A stretch of DNA of 64,000 bases from Octopus vulgaris (lineage: Eukaryota), in the NCBI GenBank assembly GCA_951406725.2, contig OX597831.1:16678001-16742000 (forward strand), written 5' to 3'. Made by a program: the position numbers and the translations under genes. Below, piece after piece: positions 52,301 to 64,000 of this stretch (its first letter is position 1; the number at the start of each line of letters is the position of its first letter). The notes beneath the pieces were generated by a model that made no database searches, was not told the DNA's origin, and saw only the letters and a program-made list of their open reading frames with translations.

Positions 52301-54718
52301 GTTTTTAGCAATATTTAAAAGATTAGTTCGGCAGTCATTCATTTACTCCCGACTGATACTGCCCTTGCGCGGCGAATTTTTAAAATTATAATGTATAACG
52401 AAGAGACACATGTTACTCGACACTTAATTATATGTTAGTTTTATGGCGCGGTCACCGATGAAAAATTTCGCCTAGCAAATTATTTTATTTGCTAAAAAAA
52501 TTTAGACATCTAGGTCTGACCGAAATAAAGTAACAGGATAAAAGTTATTTTTCATTCCTTTTGAAGATTGGTCTTCAATGTGGGTTAGGTCGTTTTGACT
52601 ACTTGTTCTAGTCTGTAAACATTGCTTGCTGAAGGCAGTTTTGTCATATAGTTAAATGTTCACTATAATATATTGAGAATATGTTGTCCACTGCCTTCTT
52701 ATATATGCTAGACCATTATATATATTTAGCTACCTACATATGTCAATGCATATATATATATATATATATATAAATGTTACTGAATACATACATAGATACG
52801 TACATATATTCATATATGTAGATATGTAAATATGTAAATATGTAAATATGTAAATATTCCGTAGACAATAGGTTGTGTTAATATTTCATTGTACGTTTTA
52901 GACATCGGGAGGTCAATAATAGATTAGTACAAGTTTGTACAAGTATAGATATCCGCATTATTGGTTAATATTTTCACTTTGCCATTGACACGCAAGGCTT
53001 ATTTTAACCACGTGACAGAAATGTTTGCCTTAGACTAAAAGTACAAGAGTTCTTCGAAAAGAGATTAGTGACCCTTTTCGGTCATGAATGACTATGGAAT
53101 TGCACCGAGAAAGTCACCCTCCCAGGCACAAGTCCGGGCAAGCTTGTTTGTGGAAGGCCAGGAGTCGTCCATGCATGGCAGCCTCACCTCTCCTCACCAC
53201 TGATGTTATCCATTTAAAGCATAATACAGAAACTTGTTTGAACATGGTTCGGTTAACGTCGCGCATGTGTGGTAACACACACAATATATAACACATTAAA
53301 CGAAGGTATTTTAAAATCCAATAATTTTTACATATACACGAATCAGTTCAGGAATACAGTAAATGTACAGAATTTATTTAGGACAGTATCAACTGCCTCA
53401 ACATATTTATCTGTAATATTTATTTATTTTACTTATATAAAATATCTTTCGTTTTAATTTATAGAATTTGTACTAGCAGCAGACCATTGTACAGAAATAG
53501 CCAAAGAATCTTGCCACGATGCAATGAAAGCATATCCTCATTTATCAAATAATTCTGACTACTGCAGGTACGTTTCATCGATATATATATTACAGTAGCA
53601 AATAATGGTCTTATGGCAGAAAATGTATAACACCATATTATGTAATCTATCTCAGCATATTAGCATTTTAAATTTACATTTTTTATTTCCTAACACATTT
53701 ATAAATTAAAATTGACAAATGCATAACTTGAGCTCCGGTTCTTTTTGTTGATTTCTTTCGCTATATTCAAAGAAAATATTTCTATTTTAGTAAGTTTATA
53801 AAAAATATACTAATAACAAAGAAGCAAATGTTACATTGACAATATTAATAGAAATGAGAAATGAAACGTACCTGCAGTAGTCAGAATTATTTGCTAAATG
53901 AGGATATGCTGTTACGTAACACTGAAATGGTTTAACATTACAATTGAGGCAACGAAAATTTCATGGCCTGCCACAATATACAAATAATCCAAGATAATGA
54001 AACATATAACTACTTCGTTAAAATGACTTTACCCTTTGTATGCTCACTTTCAGACGCCTACGAATGTTTGAAGCATGTTTTCAAGAAACCCACAGCAACT
54101 GCAGCTTTTATTTTGCAATCATCTATCACCATCTGTGCAGTGGTAAGATATAACGATATTGTTCATATTCGTACATGGCTTAAACAGTACGTTTGGCAGG
54201 AAAGAAACGTGCATTTAAGCAGTACAAAAACAGCCAAAAATGGAAAGTGCAGTTATATATAGTTTGACGGAAGAAAAGCAGGACAAAAACGATGGATGAA
54301 AATGGGTTAGCTGGAGGTAAATCTAGATGGAAAAGTATGATGAATTTATGGGAAAGTACCTGGAACAATAATAAGTTTATCCGATGAAACATGTAGGAAA
54401 TCAACTTGGGGTAATTTTTTATGAAAAGCAACCACCTAGGAAACTAAGTAACTAATTTTAAGCCTACTTTACGGGATGTTCAAGGGCATGTAAAAGCTAG
54501 TGGGAACAGCTGATGTACTTGCGCGTACAAATGCACGTTCCCACAACTTTATCGATCGCATTCTCACCTGGAATCGACATTTGTAATTGTTTCAAGACGT
54601 GTGCACGCCTTGATAACGTTGGTATCTACAAATCAAATTTTTTAGCGCAATTGGATGGAGGATGCCCGAGATCCTAGAAGACGCACACGCAGACAAACAG
54701 AACGGATCTCATATAATA

Positions 54719-54816
<98 letters not shown>

Positions 54817-54886
54817 TCCTATGGGATGACCTAGATGAGATATATATGTATATTACACACACACACATATGTGTATATATATATAT

Positions 54887-55470
54887 AGTTCCTGGATCTT
54901 AAGAACCTTCCGGTCCAGAGAACACGGTGCCATCATACCCCTTTTCTCCTCCTTTGTACAGCCACACCTTGAATACTGCTGCCCGCTATGGTCTCCTTAT
55001 ACAAGACAAAACATCTGGATGATTGAATCACCCCAGAGGGCATTCACTAAGTGAATTAAAGGTATGACTGCTCTCGATTAGTGGGACCGACTTAAAGCGT
55101 GGAAACTCTGCTGTCTCCAGCATTGCCGCGAGCGGTACATCATTTGTACGATGTTGGGAATATACCGCCAACTTTGCACAAACGTCCTCAACATTAGTTT
55201 CAAGTTTAATCCAAGGCTTGGACCACGGGCCATACGTCCCCTGCCCAATTTAGGATCAGAGCATATAGGTACATTGCAACCTGTTTAAAATTGTCCCGAA
55301 AGAGATCAAAGAGGAAAAGTAACCAAACTTTAAACAGAGTCTGGATAGATTTCTTCAAGGAACACCGGATAAGACACCCAAAAAAGAAGTCACTAGTTGA
55401 ATGGACCGTAAACAAAACTTGATTTAAGCAAAACTTAGATGGTGCTTTTAATTTAGACATGGCCTGGACC
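54887..55470 (+). mobile_element. CR1-like LINE 3' fragment, related to 27815-28330
   Basis: SWILRTF..PHLEYCCPLWSPY and ERYIIC. Confidence 0.8.
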
Positions 55471-55552
55471 TATATACATATATATATATATATATCAGAA
55501 ATATAAAATTTCTAAATCTCTCATAGAGATATGTACGGTGGTGGGGCGATAG

Positions 55553-55712
55553 AATGGTTGTATACTGTCAATCTAACGTGAACGTGACAGTAGCGGGTTA
55601 CACCACCGCTGTTTAGCCCTAGGAAGCATCGTCGATGCTTCCTAGGGCTAAACAGCTGTAATGTATCCCCCCTACTGTCACGTTCACGTTAGATTGACAG
55701 TATACAACCATT
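55553..55712. repeat. Palindrome with about 79-bp arms and no spacer
   Basis: Centre GCATCG-T-CGATGC at 55632. Confidence 0.9.
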
Positions 55713-56856
55713 ATATATATATATAATCTTTCGAAACTCCGATTACTATAATGACATCCTATTATTATTTTCTCTAAATTAAAACAAATATACATACATA
55801 CGTACATACATACATACATACATAGACGCATACATACACACACACACACATAAACATATATATGTGTGTATGTGTGTTTCGTGATTTATAATGCAAGAGC
55901 AAGAACCTAATTTACATTTATATTTTCCCTTAGATTTATAATCATTCCACACCATTTTAATACTTTCTTTGCAGGATCTCATTGGGATGAAAGCAAAAAT
56001 CTCAAGGAATACGACTGATATATGTCACAGTACCTTCGGTATATGAGTATGGTTTCAATGAATACCATTAGAGTAATACAGCTAAAATATCACATCTCTT
56101 TTCGGCTGATACTGCCTATAATATCACAATAAAGAAGAGATGTATCACTTTAATAATACTTGCACTGGCGATTAGAACTTTGCCTTTGTAAAAGACTGAT
56201 GGTAAATATATTTAAAACGAATCCTAATTAACTGAGCAATATCATAGCAGATCTTAATGCAAATTTGTGAAGACGATCCAGTAGGCAATAAAATACGAAT
56301 TCGTTACTAAAACATTCATATGACTATTATTACATTTTATGTGTTTATACATGACGCAAATCACTGCAAAGCACATACACACACACACACACATTTATAT
56401 TTATATAAGATAAATATAGGCTATCATGCTTTGCATACTGAATATTATCAAAGCAAATTCAACAGTGCCGCCGAATAACAATTAATATACAGAAAAACTA
56501 AATTACAAATACTTATTTCTTTATTGCCCAAAGGAGGTTAATTAAAGGTAGGACAAACAAGAACCCAGAATGGGATTAAATCGACTACATGGACCCCGGT
56601 AATTATCTGGTACTTCCTTAATCGACCCCGAAATGAAGAAGGGCAAAATCGACTTCGGCGGAATTTGAACTCAGAACGTAACAACAGACTAGGCATAACA
56701 AATATTGCGTGAGAGAAAACAGAAGCGAGACAGAAAAATTTAGTAGATATATTGCCATTACCACGAATTTTCTAATTATCTACATTAGAGATACTTCTTA
56801 TACGTTAGTTGATATTCTCACATATATGTATAAACGCACAAACACATATATAACGC

Positions 56857-56901
<45 letters not shown>

Positions 56902-56974
56902 TATATGTGAGATGGTTTTATGTTTATATCTATATATGTATATCTAAGTATATATATATGCGTGTATGTATATG

Positions 56975-57068
<94 letters not shown>

Positions 57069-57569
57069 TTGTTTGTATGTGAAATTTACAGAAAAACAAA
57101 AGATGAATCAAGTGTAGAAGGAGCGGACAGGTGTATTATTTCGGGAAGGTGAGAAAGTCTTTTACGTTTCGAGCCTTCGTACTTCGGCATGAAAGAACAT
57201 GAGAAATAAACATACAGAGAATTTAAAACTAAAAAAAAAAAAAACTTTGGGAGATAGCAGTTAATCAAATACATCCTCATAGACATACGTCTATAACATT
57301 ATCTGCCAAAAATTCATGATGCAATTACAATGATTAGAGAAAGTGCAATCTCATACTAATGAAAAACCTTTCAAAATCTGTGAACCGATTATTAATAACT
57401 CCCTATGGGATACTTCATATATATTTTTTTATATCCAGTGAGTATTTGGGGGTTAAGTGTTTTCATTTGTCGGATTTTTAAAAGCACAGATATATTAGGG
57501 CTAATACATAATATGGAAGTTGTTTTTTGTAATGATATTAACCCTCCCCTGTTTAGCTTGCTATTTAAA

Positions 57570-58210
57570 ATTTTTACTATTTTTTTATAAAGTCTTTCTT
57601 ATATTTTATGAATGCGGAATATTCTAAATTGTGAATTATTTCAAAATTGACTATTTTAAATTGTGGAATTGTACAGTTTAGATTTATATTTAGTTGCCTT
57701 ATGCACTGTTCTTCATTTGTTAATCGCAGACGCCTCTCTCATAAAGTATTAATCGGTTGATTTTCATTTTGTAAATTGCAATATTTAATGTTTTTCAGTT
57801 ATATAAATATCTGCTCGTTTACAATGCATCTCACTTCTCAGATTTGAAACGTAGATTAATTTATATGATTTGTTAGATTAGTCTCCGTTTCAATAATATA
57901 TCCACATTGCATTCTGGGCATGTGATGCAATAGATACGAGTTTTTCTTCAGGCAAATAATAGTTGCATACATTTGCAGCGCCTTTCAATCTCTTAATCGT
58001 TTGTTTGAGCCTTGCTCAATCATTTCATTATTTCAACAACGAATACCTCCCGAGTTCGGTAACTAATATTTCTTTCTCCTCCAGCGATACCACATTTACT
58101 AGAAGTTTCCTGAGGCTTGGTGGTTATATTCATCACGTGATGATATGTGGTTTTGTAATTCTATATCAGAGATTTGATGATTCATGCAGAATTGGATTGC
58201 ATCGTTTGGT
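57570..58210 (-). mobile_element. Penelope-like element 3' part (GIY-YIG endonuclease), degraded
   Basis: PPSLRKLL..IYCITCPEC..YIIETETNL. Confidence 0.65.
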
Positions 58211-58448
58211 GAAATCAAGATGTGATAACTAAGAATAGTGATGACGAGAAAGGGAATATAAATATGTATATATTCATATATATTAAGAGTATTTGATACA
58301 AAGAGATAACGTTTCTAACTTCTTGAACATTCCCATAAGATCTTACGTTTCTTCGACTGAAATGCTCGTGATATCCCCATTTATAATAATTATTATCATT
58401 CTTCTTCTTCTTCTTCTTCTTCTTCTTCTTCTTCTTCTTCTTCTTCTT

Positions 58449-58549
<101 letters not shown>

Positions 58550-58945
58550 TTTTTTTTCCTTCTTTCAAATTTGCTTCCATTTCTTGCCGAGTGTGTTCCC
58601 GACTCCTAGGGCAAATAAACTCATAGTATACATTGGTAGGCCATTAAACCAAACTCAGTAGTTCGTTCGTTTTTTTTTGTTTTTTTTAAAGTTTAATTAA
58701 AATACATGATTAGCAACAGTTCTCACATCGACAATGCTCTTCTCAATACGTGTGATGTACCAGTTAAGACAATCTTTTGCACTTCTTGCAGGGATGGTAA
58801 TCCAGGGATCATTCTCATATAATTTTCGGTTCCCTTCTTGAACATTCCTAGTGCTCCTACGATCACTGGTATTGTAACCGCCTTGAGATGCCACATTTTC
58901 TCAATTTCAATGAGTAGGTCTTTATATATTCTGAGCTTGTCAGAA
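58550..58945 (-). mobile_element. R4/Dong 3' end fragment of a third family, in (TAA)n
   Basis: YKDLLIEIEKMWHLK..PVIVGALG..LTGTSHVLRRAL. Confidence 0.8.
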
Positions 58946-58980
<35 letters not shown>

Positions 58981-59343
58981 CATTATTATTATTACTCTTC
59001 TTCTTCTACTTCTCCTCCTTCTTCTTCTTCTTCTTCTTCCTCTTCCTCATCTTCTTCTTCTTCTTCCTTCTTCTTCTTCTTCTTCTTCTTCTCTTCTTCT
59101 TTGTCTTCTCTTCTTTTTCCTCTTCTTCTTCATCCACTTCTTCTTCTTCTCTTCTTCTTTGTCTTCTCCTTCTTTTTCCTCTTCTTCTTCATCATATTCT
59201 TCTACTTCTTCTTCTTCTTTTTTTATTCTTCTTCTTCTTCTTCTTTTTCTCCTTTTACTCCTTCTTCCTTCTTCTTTTTCTCCTTTTTCTCCTTCTTCTT
59301 CTCCTTCTTCTTATTCCTCTTCTTCTTCTTGTTTTTTTTCTTC

Positions 59344-59375
<32 letters not shown>

Positions 59376-59405
59376 CGTCTTCATCTTCTTCTTCTTCTTC
59401 TTCTT

Positions 59406-59460
<55 letters not shown>

Positions 59461-59530
59461 ATTGTCATCATCATCTTCTTCTGCTTCTCCTTCTTTCTTC
59501 TTCATCATCTTCTTATCATCATCATCGTCG
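58946..59530. repeat. Compound (TTA)/(TTC)/(CTA)/(TCA) low-complexity array
   Basis: Directly visible. Confidence 0.9.
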
Positions 59531-60333
59531 TCAGTGTTATTGAGTGAGAGAGCAGCGCATACCAACAAAGTGAAACTGGGGTCCAAATATACGTAGCCCA
59601 ATACATACACCATTGCCACTCGCCTGATAAGGGTACAACAGGCACACGCATTACTTCCAAATGAACGCGATATGGTGGTCTTATATCAAGACTATCTACC
59701 CGTGATATTGTAGGTGGTGCGCCATTAGAATAATCTACAGCTCGAGAAAGCACATCCTACCTTAAATGTCCCTGTATAAGATATGTTTAAGGATAATAAA
59801 ACATACACCTATGGTCCCAGTGAGGAATTATTCAAATCCCCAAAAAACTCCCAATAGCACTTGGCTAATATGCTACACCACTCCCTCTGCTCCTCATCAG
59901 AGTTGCATCGATCGTCAACCACTAGGGGATATGCTCAACTGACAAACAGATCTGTGGTATTAAGTAGAACTTTTGCTGTAGACCATCATTTATACCAAGA
60001 AGAAATATCTACATAATAACACTTCCAATCAATTAGGATTAAAGGTCATGATGTGTACGTAGCAGGGAATCTATAAAAAATATCTAAGACCAATCATATG
60101 AATATACTCTAAATCAAATCCTATTCAAAAGATATATTATTTTGAGACATGAACTCTCTCTAAAAATAGGCCACGCTTCTAACACTAGTTAAAAAAGCCG
60201 CGACATATGCCACGTCGATCCATTTAAAATTTTCAAAATCAGTGTAGACTTTGAAACCGGTTAAAGGTTTTAATATATTGATAAATAATATTTTCACTAT
60301 TCTCGGTGGATTTAAAACTTCTATTTTTCATAT

Positions 60334-60408
<75 letters not shown>

Positions 60409-60669
60409 TATATACATAGAGAGAGAGAGGGCGGGGGAGAGAGCGTTTGAGGTGGTGTAAAAATATTGTACATTTCGAATGATTAGCTTCTCAGAATGCT
60501 AGATGAATATATATATGTTTTTATTTACGTTTTATTTGTATTTTTAACGCTTACTTCCTTTATTGGATTTATCAAAAAGTGATTTAAATTTAGATTTGTT
60601 AATCTTTCTTTTATATAAATAATTTTATATAAGCCAAATAGTAAACGAAATATTCAACGCTAGGAAAAT

Positions 60670-61130
60670 ACCTTAAAAAAGAACAGCTTTAAAGAACAAA
60701 ATTTCCATCAGAGAATAAAACAAAATTCCTTATAAAAGAATGTGGATACAGCAGATGTGGAATATGCAACATCAAATATAAAGGACAAATAAAGAGGGAC
60801 ATATAAAATTTAAGACTGGATACATATTCAAAGTAATTGAAACCAAGAAATGCAAGACACAAAACCTCATATGCTGCATTACTTGCCCCAAACGCAACGG
60901 TAATTATATTGAGGAAACGAGTAATTCCCTTTGCCAAAGCGCAAGAAGCCACAAGCATCACATCCGACAAGAAAAATCCCATTGAGTAGATATTCCACTG
61001 AGCAAATATTTGGAGAAGGAAAATTCAAAATACTCTCCCAGAAATGCTAAAGGAACAACCGAAACTTCCGAAAAACAATGAGGCTAAACTTCATAAAGGA
61101 GTTCGCACCAAAATTAAACACTTCAAAAAA
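60670..61130 (+). mobile_element. Penelope-like element 3' part (GIY-YIG), degraded
   Basis: KECGYSRCGIC..CKTQNLICCITCP..YIEETSNSL..HKHHIR..FIKEFAPKLN. Confidence 0.7.
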
Positions 61131-62000
61131 AGTAAACATTTGGTACTATACTTCACAAAATGTCTCCTCAGCAAAAATAAACTTTTTTTTTTGAAATTGC
61201 ACCATGTGAATTATACATTAATTTCATTGTGCATATGTTAAAGATGACCTCAAACCATTGCTAAAACTGCTTTCCCACATTCTTGTTGGACCTTACAAAA
61301 CACTACAGGTTTATATAAGTACAGCTGCTTTCCCTCTTCTGTACTAGGCTCTCTTTCTTCATTAGAAACTTCTAGTTTGGAGCTTTAAAATATATTCAGA
61401 ACAAAAACGCCGACCAAATATACATGAAGTTTGAAATATAATTGTAACCGCGGTGTGCATTGCTTTTTATAAAACTCCGTTTTGCTGATTAACAAATACC
61501 CGGACAAAAATCAAGAGTAATGACTAGAATGAGATGAATATTTAATTGTATGAATTATTATTAAAATCCACGCCTCTTCACACAGATTCTTCTAAAAAAA
61601 TCATTTTCTTCTTTCTTCTCCCTTGCATTTCAAATCTCACAAAATTATTTATATATAAAATATACCAAGTAATCTAACTTTAAACCGCTTTATGATAAAT
61701 ACGACAATAGAAGAAAGCGCTGATAAACATGTAAATAAACATTTATATAAAACCATTCAACACATTGGCTACCTTATTATTTTAAATATGGGATTAAAAT
61801 TAATCAAAGGACATACTAGGTATGTCAACCTGCTGGAAATAACAGTCAAAACTCTTATTAAATCGCCAAAAATACACCGATGAAAACTACAGAAATCAAA
61901 CGAAGGTAAAATCAGGTTAAGGCAATCTACTAACATACATTTAAGTATTTGGACTCGCGTGGATCGATTTCTGCATTGGTAAAATAAAACCTTAGCTTCT

Positions 62001-62168
62001 TCAGCGACTGATACCATGATTAGAGACTCCCAACCTATCGCTTCAAAGTCTCTGCTGCAACTGATTCGTTTCCCGCCGGTGTTATGATTTCGGCGTGAAA
62101 CGAATCAGTTGCAGCAGAGACTTCGAAGCGATGGGTTGGGAGTCTCTAATCATGGTATCAGTCGCTGA
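62001..62168. repeat. Palindrome with about 78-bp arms
   Basis: 62001-62078 is the reverse complement of 62091-62168. Confidence 0.92.
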
Positions 62169-62669
62169 CAGCTTTCCATATATAAATCATTATTGCTATG
62201 TGACGACATGTCATTCCAGTGGACTTATTTGTGCTACTATTCATTCTCGTTTTCTAACTACCATGAATATCATGATGCTTACCTGGATGCTCTTATTGTT
62301 ATTGTCATTGTTACTATTATATTATATTATTACTTTTATCCCAGAATCTGATAATTTGATTGATGGAAAGTAATGTATATACCTAGAGAACACCAGAATG
62401 ACCAATGGCGCTTAATCATATTCCACTCCACGAAGCGCGCACTACCAGATGTTTCTGAAAAAAATATTCAACGTCATACAATTTATAAATCATAATCACA
62501 CATAATTGTATATGTATAACAAAGTCACAATCTCCTCAAAGTGGCTTGCGATGCACAAAGAAGTATCATCTGCCATTGTCTTGTCATATTAATCCTGTAC
62601 ACGCACATACCCACACACCTACACACACACACACACGCACGCACACATATGGATATATAAAAGCAAGTT

Positions 62670-63990
62670 ATTTTATTCCACACGGATAGAAGTATATTGT
62701 TGTTTATACTATTGTTTATGCTGTTGATTAGGTATTTGAAATGTGTGCGTCCATAGGATAAAAGAGCGATCTAGGCAACCGTCATCACCTGAAATGCTCC
62801 GGCTTACAGACGAATGTTCAGATAAAGCCCATTCACACGAAACATTTTTGCAACATTCGCACACCTTCAAAACTTTTCTTGGGGGGGGGGGGAGTACTTC
62901 GCTCTCCTTTTTAAGCTTTACTTGAAAGAAATTCATGGAAGCCCAGCCGAAGAGGTAAGTGCCAGCCTTTAATCCTTTTAAGCATCGTCCACCACACAGA
63001 TTCAGGCAGAGGAAAACTGCATTTCCCTCCCGGCCAAAACTGGACATCGAGAGGATCCTCTCAATGTACCCGTCAGATAACCGGTTCCATCGTACGTGTG
63101 TCAACTGCTCTTCGACAAAGCTCCACAAACAGTAATACACGGACACTGGACGAGTACATACAGGGCGGCTTCATCACCCTGTGCACACTTCCAACAGACC
63201 TGTCTGACAGGGCTTCGGTGTCTGTAGATCTTGACTCAAACCAGCCGAGTTCTCCGTTAGGAAAATCAGGCCAGGGAATTCTGGAAGTTATCCGTTGTCC
63301 CTTGCCAGGAAGTCCTCCTCAAAGGGACTGCTTTTGGTTCCTCCTGACACCCAGATTTCCCTTAGTACGTTATCGCTCTTTCTCTCCACTAATCCCTTAT
63401 AGTAGAACCTAAACACGCCCCGTTGCCACACTGGCAGAAATCTGTGAGTAATGGCGGCATTCCTGGTGCCAAGTACCATTTCTTGGTATACAACCCATGC
63501 CTGTAGTTCTATCAAAGAGACCAGCTGCGGAAAGTCCCGTTTGAATAACGGCGACCAAAACTGCTGACGGTTACGGAGACGATAAAGATTCCTGCAGCCT
63601 CAGCGCGTACCTGCACATCATTAGACTTTGGCTATTATATCACACAGATCTTGTCTACCTGGCAGTTTAGACAAAGCTAGATCCCCATTAATTTAATGGT
63701 TCCTTCAATCAAGCGCCCTACAACGCTGGTGTTTGGCATAAACCTACCTCTCTAGGTGCCGAGATGTAGGCCCATCAAATTCTCCTGGTGTATGAGCTGT
63801 CTGCGAATCTTTAGCCATAGGTCATCCTGCTTCTTATCATTTCACCCAATTCTTGTCTACCTGGTGGTTTCGACCAAACCAGATAACCCGCCCTTCAGTG
63901 CAGCGCCCGACAACTCTGATATTTGGCATAAACCTGCTTCTCTATGTGCCGAGATATCAGGCCCATCGAATTCTCCTGGTTGATCTTTGC
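62670..63990 (-). mobile_element. Older degraded Tx1-like LINE
   Basis: WSFVEEQL..RLS..SFGREGNAVFLCL is homologous to ORF 38547-39164. Confidence 0.7.
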
Positions 63991-64000
63991 TCCTGTCACC

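Overview
AT-rich, microsatellite-dense eukaryotic DNA. The repeat families (Dong/R4, RTE, CR1-like and Tx1 LINEs, Penelope, tRNA-derived SINEs, mariner/Tc1, Helitron, Gypsy) resemble a cephalopod (Octopus-like) genome; this is inference. I found no intact protein-coding gene. Manual minus-strand translation reveals a heavily decayed, intron-containing Argonaute pseudogene (about 37.0-50.9 kb) with N, L1, PAZ, L2, MID and PIWI motifs in order. It also shows a decayed LRR/Toll-like receptor fragment (1-1.0 kb) and an integrase relic. Structural oddities: a Gypsy element with INVERTED LTRs but a direct 5-bp TSD, a 337-bp retrozyme-like unit carrying a hammerhead ribozyme, several more hammerhead-like motifs, and fold-back palindromes that often centre on or contain hammerhead-like hairpins. 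All motif calls are by eye, without alignment tools.
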